This document shows positions 15,642-24,258 of a stretch of DNA of 32,000 bases, piece after piece. This DNA is from Candidatus Saccharimonadota bacterium (lineage in GTDB: Archaea > Nanobdellota > Nanobdellia > Pacearchaeales > GW2011-AR1). Position numbers and translations under genes: made by a program. The notes under the pieces were generated by a model. That model worked only from the letters and a program-made list of their open reading frames with translations, was not told the DNA's origin and did no database searches. The stretch's first letter is position 1, and every line of letters begins with the position of its first letter. Location of the stretch: positions 120,001 through 152,000 of the forward strand of contig JBEKXS010000001.1 in assembly GCA_049511795.1 (NCBI GenBank), in the 5' to 3' direction.

Positions 15642-16439
15642 TTATTCTTTAACTATATCGCTCGTCTTTTTGTAATTAACATAAAGCTTGTCAAGAATGT
15701 TTGTAATTTCCTGCCTTTGTTCTGAAGTTCCAAGGCCTTTCCAATCAAGCAAGACCCAGTCGAGCTCTTCTTCTGTTTTCTCGATTGCTTCTTTAATCAT
15801 TTCTTCTGTAAGAGGAAAAACATATTGCGGAATCACATGAGAGATTGCCATGTTTGATTTTGCCTGAATCTTGTTGAAGCCTGGGCAGTAATGGCCTCCA
15901 CCTATTGCAATTGCAATTTCCCTGTAAGGATTTTCCTTGAAATCGGAAATTGCTTCTGAAATTGTTCTTGCAACAACGAACGCTGCTTTTGTATCATTCC
16001 ATTCTGTTTCAGACGGACCTACTTCAATGAATATGCATGGCTTCTCAATTAACGGGCCGTGATGAGTTGCCTCCATTGTAACTTGATAATCATCAAGATT
16101 GAATTTCTTTGCATTTGCATTCAATTTCTCAAAAAGAAACTTGGAGAACAAAGCAGAAGATTTGCAGACTTTGTTTTTTTCGCCGCCATATTCTGCCAAA
16201 CGCCAATTTCCTGGAGCATGGACAGAAAGCGTTTTTTGCTTGCTTTCTGACTTGTGCTTTGATGCAAAAATTATGAAGTCATACTGGCTTATTTTTTCAA
16301 GGTCAATATTTTCAGTGTGAATTACATCCTTGTCGCAAAGATAGAACTTGAACTGCCCAAACTGGCTCAACTGGGTTGTTATTTTTATGCCTGCCTTGTC
16401 AAGCTTGCTCGCCACGACTAAAATCTTTGGATATGGCAT
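15642..16439 (-). CDS. dtdA: Archaeal-type D-aminoacyl-tRNA deacylase (DTD2)
   Basis: FASKHKSESKQKTLSVHAPGNW, EYGG, MEATHHGP, FIEVGPSETEW, IGGGHYCP, SHVIPQY and LDWKG align with motifs I recall from Pyrococcus DtdA (FASRHSS...H.TGNW, EATHHGP, FIEIGSSEEEW, IGGGHY, DWKG). Confidence 0.88.
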   Translation of the reverse strand: MPYPKILVVASKLDKAGIKITTQLSQFGQFKFYLCDKDVIHTENIDLEKISQYDFIIFASKHKSESKQKTLSVHAPGNWRLAEYGGEKNKVCKSSALFSKFLFEKLNANAKKFNLDDYQVTMEATHHGPLIEKPCIFIEVGPSETEWNDTKAAFVVARTISEAISDFKENPYREIAIAIGGGHYCPGFNKIQAKSNMAISHVIPQYVFPLTEEMIKEAIEKTEEELDWVLLDWKGLGTSEQRQEITNILDKLYVNYKKTSDIVKE

Positions 16440-16460
16440 GCTTAATTATAAAAACCATCT

Positions 16461-16468
16461 TTCTTAAA
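16461..16468 (-). promoter_or_regulatory. TATA-like box (TTTAAGAA on the minus strand) for dtdA
   Basis: Starts 29 nt upstream of the ATG at 16439. It lies in a 36-nt divergent intergenic region shared with the 16476 gene, whose own TATAAAAA starts at 16447. Confidence 0.45.
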
Positions 16469-16475
16469 TATTATT

Positions 16476-16721
16476 ATGCAGGAAATCATCAAATGGCTTA
16501 TAGGAATTGTTGTCCTTTTGCTAGGTATTCCTCTGGGAAACTGGCTCGCAAAAACGACAAAAGAAGAGCTCAAGGCAGGAAAAAAATGGTTTAGGCGACT
16601 TGTCATTGTTTGCCTTGTCGGAATGCTTGCGGGACTTGTAATTGGAAATGATGTTTTGATTTTCACATTTGCTTTTATAGCAATTGTTACAAGCAGGAGT
16701 TTAGGAGGCCTGAAGAAATAA
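16476..16721 (+). CDS. Small three-TM membrane protein, unknown function
   Basis: 81 aa and hydrophobic. Its stop lies 1 nt before the dph5 ATG, so the two are probably cotranscribed. Confidence 0.5.
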   Translation: MQEIIKWLIGIVVLLLGIPLGNWLAKTTKEELKAGKKWFRRLVIVCLVGMLAGLVIGNDVLIFTFAFIAIVTSRSLGGLKK

Positions 16722-16722
16722 A

Positions 16723-17442
16723 ATGTTATATCTGATTGGTCTTGGATTAAACATCAAGGGCATAACAAAAGAAGGGCTTGAAATCGCAAAAAGGTGCAAA
16801 AAAGTTTATCTTGAAAATTATACAGTTGAATTGCCCTACACTACAGAAGATGTTTCAGATTTAGTTGGGAAAAAGGTTTTTTTGGCAGACAGAAAATTCA
16901 TAGAGAGTCTTGAAATAGTTGATGAATCAGAAAGGACAGACATTGCTTTGCTGATTTATGGAAGCCCACTAACTGCAACAACCCACATAGCATTGCTTGA
17001 AGAAGCAAAAAAAAGTGAAATCCCCACGAAAGTTATTTACAGTTCCTCTGTATTTGATGCTGTTGCAGAAACAGGATTACAATTATACAAATTCGGGAAA
17101 ATAGCAAGCATGCCTAAATGGCAGAAGAATTTCGAGCCAGATAGTTTTATTGAAATAATCCAGCACAATCTTTCAATGAAAGCGCATAGCCTAATTCTTG
17201 TTGATATCGGATTGCGTTTTCGCGATGCTTTGAAAGAACTTGAAGATGCAATGAAGAAAAACAATCTTGAAATAGGAAATATAGTTCTCTGCCAGGCATT
17301 GGGAACAGATAGGCAAAGAATTGTTTATGGAAAATTCAGCGAGGTTTGGAGTTTAAGAGGTGTTGCTACTCCATTCTGCTTCATAATTCCGTCAAAGCTG
17401 CATTTCATGGAAGCAGAAGTTCTGGAAAATTTTAAGTATTAA
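16723..17442 (+). CDS. dph5: Diphthine synthase
   Basis: MLYLIGLGL....IT.EGLEIAKRCKKVYLENYT, ...LIYGSPLTATTH and ...YKFGK are typical of the Dph5 tetrapyrrole-methylase fold. Confidence 0.87.
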   Translation: MLYLIGLGLNIKGITKEGLEIAKRCKKVYLENYTVELPYTTEDVSDLVGKKVFLADRKFIESLEIVDESERTDIALLIYGSPLTATTHIALLEEAKKSEIPTKVIYSSSVFDAVAETGLQLYKFGKIASMPKWQKNFEPDSFIEIIQHNLSMKAHSLILVDIGLRFRDALKELEDAMKKNNLEIGNIVLCQALGTDRQRIVYGKFSEVWSLRGVATPFCFIIPSKLHFMEAEVLENFKY

Positions 17443-17459
17443 GTTTTCTATAATAAATC

Positions 17460-18110
17460 ATGTTTGAATTAAATGAAAAAGAGATGAAAATTTTGAAAGA
17501 TTTGGATACACCGAAAAAAATTCAGGATTTTCTTAACAAAATTCCAATAAATTTCGAAGAAAAAGGAGATACATGCATGTCTCCAATAATGGTTTTGAAA
17601 AATAACAAGGCACACTGCATTGAAGGAGCAATGTTAGCTGCACTCGCTTTAAGATTGCATGGAGAAAAACCACTTGTTGTTGATTTAACTGCAGCAGACA
17701 GAGATTTCGACCATGTCATTTGTGTTTTCAAGAAAAATGGCAAATGGGGAGCAATAGGAAAAACAAATCATGCTGTTTTAAGATACAGGGAGCCAATTTA
17801 CAAAGACATTCGTGAGTTAGTTATGAGCTTTTTTCATGAATATTTCGATGATAATGGAAGAAAAAACCTCAGGTCTTATTCTGCACCTGTTGACCTTTCT
17901 AAATTTGACAAAATAAACTGGGTCACAAGAGAAGATGATGTTTGGGAAATACCTGATTATCTTGCAAAAATCAAACACTATAACATTCTTAACAGAAAGC
18001 AAATAGCAGGTCTGCGAAAAGCCGATGAAATTGAGATAGAAGCAGGAAAACTGACAGAGTGGAAGCAGTTTGGAAGGCATGATGAGCTACCTGAACCTGA
18101 GAGAAAATAG
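17460..18110 (+). CDS. Transglutaminase-like (Cys-His) fold protein, unknown function
   Basis: 216 aa. AHCIEGAMLAALALRLHG followed by DFDHVICVF and WGAIGKTN resembles the Cys/His/Asp arrangement of transglutaminase-like cysteine peptidases. This is pattern-level recognition only. Confidence 0.45.
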   Translation: MFELNEKEMKILKDLDTPKKIQDFLNKIPINFEEKGDTCMSPIMVLKNNKAHCIEGAMLAALALRLHGEKPLVVDLTAADRDFDHVICVFKKNGKWGAIGKTNHAVLRYREPIYKDIRELVMSFFHEYFDDNGRKNLRSYSAPVDLSKFDKINWVTREDDVWEIPDYLAKIKHYNILNRKQIAGLRKADEIEIEAGKLTEWKQFGRHDELPEPERK

Positions 18111-18155
18111 AGTAAGTGAATAGTTTAAAAATATTAAATTCTATTGAGGAACAAG

Positions 18156-20954
18156 ATGTATGATTTTAAAAAAATAGAAGAAGAATCACGTGCTTTTTGG
18201 AAAAAACATCAGAAAGATATAGGAAAAGCTGTGCATGAAGAAAAGGGGAAAAAACTCTTTAGTTTCCTTGAGGGGCCTCCAACTGCAAATGCGCCGCCGG
18301 GATTGCATCATCTTGAAGTCAGGACTTACAAAGACCTCATAAACAAATTCAGGTATATGCAGGGTTTTTCTGTACCAAGAAAAGGAGGCTGGGATTGCCA
18401 TGGGCTCCCTGTAGAAGTTCAGGTTGAAAAGCAGCTTGGATTGAAATCAAAAAAAGATGTTCTTAAATATGGAGTAAATAAATTTATTCAACATGCACGG
18501 GACAGCGTTTTTTCTTACATAAAAGAGTGGGAAGATTCTACAAAAGAGTTAAACTACTGGATTGACCTTGAGAATCCTTACATAACTCTTGACAACAATT
18601 ATATAGAAAGTGTATGGTGGAGCCTTAAAGAGATGTATGAAAAAGGTCTTTTGTATGAAGGGCATAAAGTTGTTCCATTTTGCACAAGATGCGGAACTCC
18701 TTTGTCAAGCCATGAAGTTGCTCAGGGATACAAAGATGTGACAGAAGAATCTGTTTATATTGCATTCAGGGTAAAAGGAGAGAAAAAACTATACATTCTT
18801 GCATGGACTACAACGCCATGGACTTTGCCTGGAAATGTGGCTCTTGCAGTTGGAAAAAACATAGACTATGTAAAGGTAAAAATTCCTGATGGTGATGAAA
18901 TAATTTTAGGAGAAGATAAATTAAACCTGATTAAAGGAAATTACAAAATAATTGAGCGCCTTAAGGGAAAGGATTTGATAGGAATAGAATATGAACCTCT
19001 TTATAACATTCCCCAGACGCAGAATGAAAACTCCCATAAGATAATTGCTGCTGATTTTGTATCAACAGAAGAAGGAACAGGAATTGTTCATACTGCAGTA
19101 ATGTATGGAGAGGATGATTACGAACTTGGAATGAAAGCAGATCTGCCTGCTGTTCACATTGTTGGTGAAGACGGAAAATTCCTAGACATTGCACCTGAAT
19201 TCTTAAGAGGCAGATATGTAAAGGAAGCTGAAAAAGATATAATCTCTGATTTAAAGAATAGAAAGCTTTTATTCAAAACAGAAAAAATTGTACATAGCTA
19301 TCCATTTTGCTGGAGATGTGAAACTCCCTTGCTTTATTATGCAGTTGATTCATGGTTCATCAGAGTAAGCAGCGTAAGGGAAAGAATGATGGAGCTGAAC
19401 AAAAAAATAAACTGGGAGCCAGACCACATAAGAGATGGAAGATTTGGAAAATGGCTTGAAGGCGCAAAAGATTGGGCATTGTCAAGATTCAAGTTCTGGG
19501 GAACTCCTTTGCCGATATGGGAATGCGAATGTGGAGAGAAAAAAGTCATTGGAAGCATTGAAGAACTGAAAAAACAATCTTTAAAAAAAATAACTGGAAA
19601 AATAGATTTGCACAAGCCTTGGATTGACAGCATAAAATTAAAATGCAAATGCGGAAAAGAAATGGCAAGAATTCCAGATGTAATTGATTGTTGGTATGAT
19701 TCAGGATCTGCAAGCTTTGCACAATTCCATTACCCATTCGAGAATAAAAAAGAGTTTGAAAAAAGGTTCCCATATGATTTTATTGCAGAAGCCATAGACC
19801 AGACAAGAGGGTGGTTTTACACTCTGCACGTAATATCAACTATCATGTTTGATAAGCCAGCTTACAAAAATGTAATATGTGCAGGACATGTTGTCGATGA
19901 AAAAGGAGAGAAAATGTCAAAATCTAAAGGTAATATAATAAAGATAAGGGAAATAATTGACCAAGCAGGTGTTGATGCGATAAGGCTTCAATTCTGCACA
20001 AGCGATGCAGGAAATCAGAAAAGATTTTCTTATTCATTGATGAAAGAATCTGTTCTTCCTTTCCTTAACGTCCTATATAATGCGGGCAATTATTGTTCAC
20101 AGCTTGAAAACAAGAAAAATAAGATGCAGGGAGAAGACAAGTGGATTTTAAGCAAGCTAAATTCATTAATAGAAAATGTCACAAAAGATCTTGAAAACTA
20201 TCAGATAAGCTCCCCATTTCTGAAAATTCAGAATTTTGTTATGAATGATTTTTCGCGCGGATATATAAAAATGACAAGAGATAGGGAAGATACAAAAGGA
20301 ATAATAAGTGAAGTTTTGGAAAAGATTTCGTTGCTCCTTGCGCCCTTTGCTCCATACATAACAGAGCATGTGCATTCGCAATTCAGCAAAAAATCTGTTC
20401 ATCTTTCTGCATGGCCAAAAACTGATAAGAAAAAAATTAACAAAAAACTCGAAGAAAAATTTGAAAGTTTATTCAAAATAATTGAAAAAGGGATGTATGA
20501 AAGAGAAGTTGCTAAAGTAAATCTTAGATGGCCAATGAAATCAGTAGATATTACCTCTAATTTTGACATAGACAAAGATATGAAAGAGATAATAAAAACG
20601 CAACTTAACGTCAAAAAAATTGAGACAAAAACAGGAAAAGAGTTTAAAATAAAACTTGATACAAAAACAACGCCAGAGCTTGAAGCAGAGGGATATGCAC
20701 GAGAACTCAGCAGGCAAGTTCAGGATTTCAGGAAAAAGCTCGGGCTGAAGAAAAAAGACATGATTAAGCTCTTCATAATCACCGACGGCAGTTTTGCGAA
20801 AATGCTGGAAAAACAGAAAAACTTTCTGAAAGAAAGGACAAATTCAAAAAAAATTGAAATCGGGCAAAAGTTCAAGGAAACATTTAAAAACAAATTGAAC
20901 TTTTCAATAAAAGATAAAAGGGGAGATATGGCAATAATTGTTACTGATAGGTAA
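18156..20954 (+). CDS. ileS: Isoleucyl-tRNA synthetase
   Basis: GWDCHGLPVE, TTTPWTLPGNVALAV (editing CP1), GTGIVHTAVMYGEDDY, DWALSRFKFWGTPLPIW and EKMSKSKGN (KMSKS) identify the family. The Cys pairs FCTRCG and FCWRCE are present. I placed the start at the ATG at 18156, preceded by GAGGA; the track start at 18144 is TTG. Confidence 0.92.
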   Translation: MYDFKKIEEESRAFWKKHQKDIGKAVHEEKGKKLFSFLEGPPTANAPPGLHHLEVRTYKDLINKFRYMQGFSVPRKGGWDCHGLPVEVQVEKQLGLKSKKDVLKYGVNKFIQHARDSVFSYIKEWEDSTKELNYWIDLENPYITLDNNYIESVWWSLKEMYEKGLLYEGHKVVPFCTRCGTPLSSHEVAQGYKDVTEESVYIAFRVKGEKKLYILAWTTTPWTLPGNVALAVGKNIDYVKVKIPDGDEIILGEDKLNLIKGNYKIIERLKGKDLIGIEYEPLYNIPQTQNENSHKIIAADFVSTEEGTGIVHTAVMYGEDDYELGMKADLPAVHIVGEDGKFLDIAPEFLRGRYVKEAEKDIISDLKNRKLLFKTEKIVHSYPFCWRCETPLLYYAVDSWFIRVSSVRERMMELNKKINWEPDHIRDGRFGKWLEGAKDWALSRFKFWGTPLPIWECECGEKKVIGSIEELKKQSLKKITGKIDLHKPWIDSIKLKCKCGKEMARIPDVIDCWYDSGSASFAQFHYPFENKKEFEKRFPYDFIAEAIDQTRGWFYTLHVISTIMFDKPAYKNVICAGHVVDEKGEKMSKSKGNIIKIREIIDQAGVDAIRLQFCTSDAGNQKRFSYSLMKESVLPFLNVLYNAGNYCSQLENKKNKMQGEDKWILSKLNSLIENVTKDLENYQISSPFLKIQNFVMNDFSRGYIKMTRDREDTKGIISEVLEKISLLLAPFAPYITEHVHSQFSKKSVHLSAWPKTDKKKINKKLEEKFESLFKIIEKGMYEREVAKVNLRWPMKSVDITSNFDIDKDMKEIIKTQLNVKKIETKTGKEFKIKLDTKTTPELEAEGYARELSRQVQDFRKKLGLKKKDMIKLFIITDGSFAKMLEKQKNFLKERTNSKKIEIGQKFKETFKNKLNFSIKDKRGDMAIIVTDR

Positions 20955-21027
20955 GTCCATAACAGTTACCCTTTTACCATAACAATATTTAAAAATCAAA
21001 TCGCACAATTAAATACAACAAAACAAA

Positions 21028-21834
21028 ATGATAGTCAAAGAAGAATTTTTAAGTCGCCTTCGAAAGATTTTTGATTTGAATCAATACGAAGTTAAGGTTT
21101 GGACAGCTCTTCTTTCTCGTGGTACTTCAACTGCAGGAGAATTGAGCAGTATTTCTGATGTTCCACGTTCAAGGACATATGATATTCTTGAAAGCCTTGA
21201 AAAAAAAGGATTTATTGTCATGAAATTGGGAAAGCCAATAAAATTCGTGGCTTTGAAGCCTGCAGAAGTTGTTGAAAGGGTTAAGAAAAATCTTCTGGTA
21301 GATGCAAAGGAGAAATCAAAGAGGCTTGAAACATTAAGAGGGGATGAGGTTCTTGATGAGCTTACTTCATTGTTCACAAAAGGAGTAAAGTTTGTTGAGC
21401 CATCTGATCTTTCAGGCAGCATAAAAGGAAGACAGAATCTTTACAACCACATGGATATGATGGTACGTGACGCAGAGAAAACAATAACAATCATAACAAC
21501 AGAAGAAGGCCTTAACAGAAAGATGGAAGTTCTTATGCCTAGCCTTGAAAAATGCAAAAAACGGGGTGTTAGGATAAGAATTGCTGCACCAATAACAAAA
21601 AATAATCTTAAGGTCGCAAAAGAGTTCAAGAAAGTCGGAGAAATAAGAAATCTCGACAAGCTCAAGGCAAGACTTGTAATAATTGATTCAAACCAGATTA
21701 TGTTCATGCTTCTTGATGATGAAAAATTCCATCCAAATTACGATGTCGGTGTCTGGATAAACACAGAATTCTTCGCACAGGCACTTGAAGCATTATTTGA
21801 GTTGGCATGGAAAGACATGAAGTCAGTGCATTAA
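21028..21834 (+). CDS. TrmB-family transcriptional regulator
   Basis: The N-terminal wHTH is YEVKVWTALLSRGTSTAGELSSISDVPRSRTYDILESLEKKGFIV. The C-terminal TrmB-like effector domain has the expected length. Confidence 0.8.
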   Translation: MIVKEEFLSRLRKIFDLNQYEVKVWTALLSRGTSTAGELSSISDVPRSRTYDILESLEKKGFIVMKLGKPIKFVALKPAEVVERVKKNLLVDAKEKSKRLETLRGDEVLDELTSLFTKGVKFVEPSDLSGSIKGRQNLYNHMDMMVRDAEKTITIITTEEGLNRKMEVLMPSLEKCKKRGVRIRIAAPITKNNLKVAKEFKKVGEIRNLDKLKARLVIIDSNQIMFMLLDDEKFHPNYDVGVWINTEFFAQALEALFELAWKDMKSVH

Positions 21835-21843
21835 GAATAAATT

Positions 21844-23514
21844 TTACATTTCTTCCAGAGTTTCTATTCCTAACAGCCAGAGCGCATTTTTCAAAACATT
21901 CCTGAAGGATTCAACAAGCGCAATTCTGAAAGATTCTTTTTCTTCAGAGCCAATGACCTTGCAAGTATGATAAAATTCATTGAAAGTCTGGGAAAGCTGA
22001 AGTGCATAATTTGCGATTAACGATGGATTCAAATTTTTGTAAGAATTATGGACAACTTCAGAAAATTCAGACAATTTTTTTACAAGTTCTGTCTCTTTTT
22101 CCTCTAACTCGCCAATTTCAAAATCTTTCAGGGATTTTTTGCTTTTCTTTATTATTGAACTTGCCCTTGCATAACTGTACATCAAATATGGACCTGTATC
22201 GCCTTCAAAATTAAGTGCTTCATCTAAATTAAAATTGATTATTTTGTTTGGTCCATTTTTTATTATTGCATACTTAACTGCTCCAATAGCAACCTTTTCC
22301 GCAATTTTCTTGTTTTTTGATTTTTTCTGCGCTTTTTTTATTGCTTCTGAAATAAAATCTTCAAGCAAAACTACATCACCGCTTCGCGTCGACATTTTCT
22401 TTGATTTTCCTTTTTTTGCCAGAAGTATGAAAGAATAATGAACAACAGAGGGAGGCGTAATATGCAGAAGTTTTAGTGTTTCCTCAAGCTGTTGAAAATA
22501 AAGTTTCTGGTCTTCTCCAAGAACAATAATATTTAGTTCTGATTTCTTCATCTTGTCAATTGTGTAAGCCAAATCACGCAACGGATAAAGCCCCGTGCCA
22601 TCTGAACGCGTAAGAACAAGAACCGGAGATTTCATTTGCCCTTGAATTTTTGTTCCTTTCATATCAAGAACCATTCTTCCATCCTTGTCTTCGAAAAGTT
22701 TGCCTGTTGTTTTCAAATCTTCCAAGATATCCATTGTTTTGCTAAGATAAGATGATTCATAATCAAAAACATCATAATGAATTCCCATCTCTGAAAGAAT
22801 TTTTCTCTGGCCTTCAACGCATGTCTTTGTTATTGAATTGAATTTTGCAGCAACTTTTTTGTCATTATGCTCAAACTTGTAAAGAAGGTCAAAAACTTCT
22901 TTTTCGAGCTTTTTTGATTTCTTGACTTTTGATGCAATATTAACATATTTTTGCAGCATATTCTCAAATTTCATTTTCTCTGCTTTTGCAAGAACAAGCA
23001 TTGCTATTTGTTTTGAAACATCATTCACAAAATAATGAGTTTCTGTGTTAAATCCATGGAATTTTAAAATACGCACAAGGCTATCACCTATTATTGCATT
23101 TCTCGCCCTCCCCACATGGGGGGCTGCATTTGGGTTTATCGAAGTATGCTCAATAAGAGCTTTTTTTCCTCTGCCCGTGTATGTTTTCCCGAAATCTAAC
23201 TTTTTTTTCAGAATTTCTCTGATAAGATTTTTTGTAAGTGCATTTCTGTCAATAAAAAAGTTAATGTAAGGTCCAGAAACCTGAATATCTTTGAAATTTG
23301 TTTGATTGATTTCACCAATTTCTTCCCTTATTTGAATTGCTATATCATGGGGATTGGTTTTCAGCCTTCCTACAAGAAAAAAACAGGGAAATGCAAAATC
23401 CCCCATGTCTGAATTTGGAGGAATCTCAATAATTTTTTCTATATCCTGAATTTTAATGTCAATTTTTATATTTTTCAGGGCTTGCTGGATAAGTTTTGCA
23501 GCGTCCTCTTTCAT
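21844..23514 (-). CDS. argS: Arginyl-tRNA synthetase
   Basis: 556 aa. SINPNAAPHVGRARNAIIGDSL is the HIGH region, YFVNDVSKQI is present, and KMSTRSGDVV is the ArgRS-specific MSTR motif. A C-terminal DALR anticodon-binding-like region (...YALQLSQTFNEFY...) follows. TTTATTAA starts 29 nt upstream of the ATG. Confidence 0.92.
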   Translation of the reverse strand: MKEDAAKLIQQALKNIKIDIKIQDIEKIIEIPPNSDMGDFAFPCFFLVGRLKTNPHDIAIQIREEIGEINQTNFKDIQVSGPYINFFIDRNALTKNLIREILKKKLDFGKTYTGRGKKALIEHTSINPNAAPHVGRARNAIIGDSLVRILKFHGFNTETHYFVNDVSKQIAMLVLAKAEKMKFENMLQKYVNIASKVKKSKKLEKEVFDLLYKFEHNDKKVAAKFNSITKTCVEGQRKILSEMGIHYDVFDYESSYLSKTMDILEDLKTTGKLFEDKDGRMVLDMKGTKIQGQMKSPVLVLTRSDGTGLYPLRDLAYTIDKMKKSELNIIVLGEDQKLYFQQLEETLKLLHITPPSVVHYSFILLAKKGKSKKMSTRSGDVVLLEDFISEAIKKAQKKSKNKKIAEKVAIGAVKYAIIKNGPNKIINFNLDEALNFEGDTGPYLMYSYARASSIIKKSKKSLKDFEIGELEEKETELVKKLSEFSEVVHNSYKNLNPSLIANYALQLSQTFNEFYHTCKVIGSEEKESFRIALVESFRNVLKNALWLLGIETLEEM

Positions 23515-23535
23515 GACAATCCGATGGAAAATAAC

Positions 23536-23543
23536 TTAATAAA
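23536..23543 (-). promoter_or_regulatory. TATA-like box (TTTATTAA on the minus strand) for argS
   Basis: Starts 29 nt upstream of the ATG at 23514. Confidence 0.45.
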
Positions 23544-23597
23544 GATTTTGAAACAAGAAGTTTTTTAAGCGAAAAACCTCTTGGAAATGCGTGATAT

Positions 23598-23681
23598 GTG
23601 GGTGTGCCAGAGTGGTCAAATGGGCAGGACTTAAGATCCTGTGGCTTAGTGCCTTCGCAGGTTCGAATCCTGTCACCCACA
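23598..23681 (+). tRNA. tRNA-Leu(UAA), type II
   Basis: Manual fold. The acceptor is GTGGGTG/CACCCAC with discriminator A. The anticodon stem-loop is CAGGA-CTTAAGA-TCCTG, the variable arm is long, and the T arm contains GGTTCGAATCC. The antisense ORF at 23459..23680 is spurious. Confidence 0.88.
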
Positions 23682-23747
23682 ATTAAATTATTAATTATTA
23701 TGATTTTTTATAATAAAATTTTTAAACTGCTCTTTGTGCTGTAGTAT

Positions 23748-23903
23748 ATGGCAAAAGAAGAGATGATAAAACAGGCATTTATTGCTGGCGCGGGCTCTGC
23801 TTTAACCTACAAAGAGAAACATCCTAATGCTACTGAATCAGAAATAATGTCATATGTTACAAAAGAGATGCAGAAATTGCTCAGAGATATTGAGGAAGAC
23901 TAA
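23748..23903 (+). CDS. Possible small protein of 51 aa, below the ORF-track cutoff
   Basis: Manual translation gives MAKEEMIKQAFIAGAGSALTYKEKHPNATESEIMSYVTKEMQKLLRDIEED*. It fills the gap between tRNA-Leu and the SRP RNA. No homology recognised. Confidence 0.35.
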   Translation: MAKEEMIKQAFIAGAGSALTYKEKHPNATESEIMSYVTKEMQKLLRDIEED

Positions 23904-23915
23904 GTATTCACAATC

Positions 23916-23923
23916 TTTATAAA
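23916..23923 (+). promoter_or_regulatory. TATA box (TTTATAAA) for SRP RNA
   Basis: Starts 29 nt upstream of the predicted RNA 5' end at 23945, the same spacing as at the protein-gene promoters. Confidence 0.55.
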
Positions 23924-23944
23924 CAATTATAATCCTATTCCGAT

Positions 23945-24205
23945 GTAGACTAGGTCGGCGGGATAGCCCTCCGCCATTTGCAAACGGGCTTTATGGCAAA
24001 CTGCAAGGAAGGATGTAACAGACGCTGTTGGAATGTCCTTGTTCCGACGTTGACGCTTTGTCTGTCTCGATCTTGCAGATGCGAAATGGGTCAGGCCTTG
24101 ATCGGAGCAGCCCTAAACATTTGTTAAGGTGCTTGGCAGGTCGCAGAGCCGAGAAAGATTAAGGGTTAACTTTTCAGCAACACTGAAGCTACCTTCCGAG
24201 TCTAC
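23945..24205 (+). ncRNA. ffs: Signal recognition particle RNA (7S/SRP RNA)
   Basis: A GC-rich island without an ORF in an AT-rich genome. The 5' GTAGAC...AGG pairs with the 3' CC..GAGTCTAC as a terminal helix. GGGTCAGGCC-TTGATC-GGAGCAGCC (about 24088-24115) matches the conserved helix-8 SRP54-binding motif (GGUCAGGxCC...GGAAGCAGCC in E. coli 4.5S). Confidence 0.72.
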
Positions 24206-24258
24206 AAATTAATTTTTTCAACGCTAATTTAATAAACTCTTTTTTCTTTATGATTTTG

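Noticed and set aside
23459-23680. Minus-strand 73-aa ORF
   Set aside because: It overlaps the argS 5' end and is antisense to tRNA-Leu(UAA). The tRNA fold explains the sequence.
23945-24205. RNase P RNA as an alternative identity for the GC-rich non-coding island
   Set aside because: No CR-I GAGGAAAGUCC-like or CR-IV/V elements are visible. The helix-8 GGUCAGG...GGAGCAGCC SRP motif is present instead.
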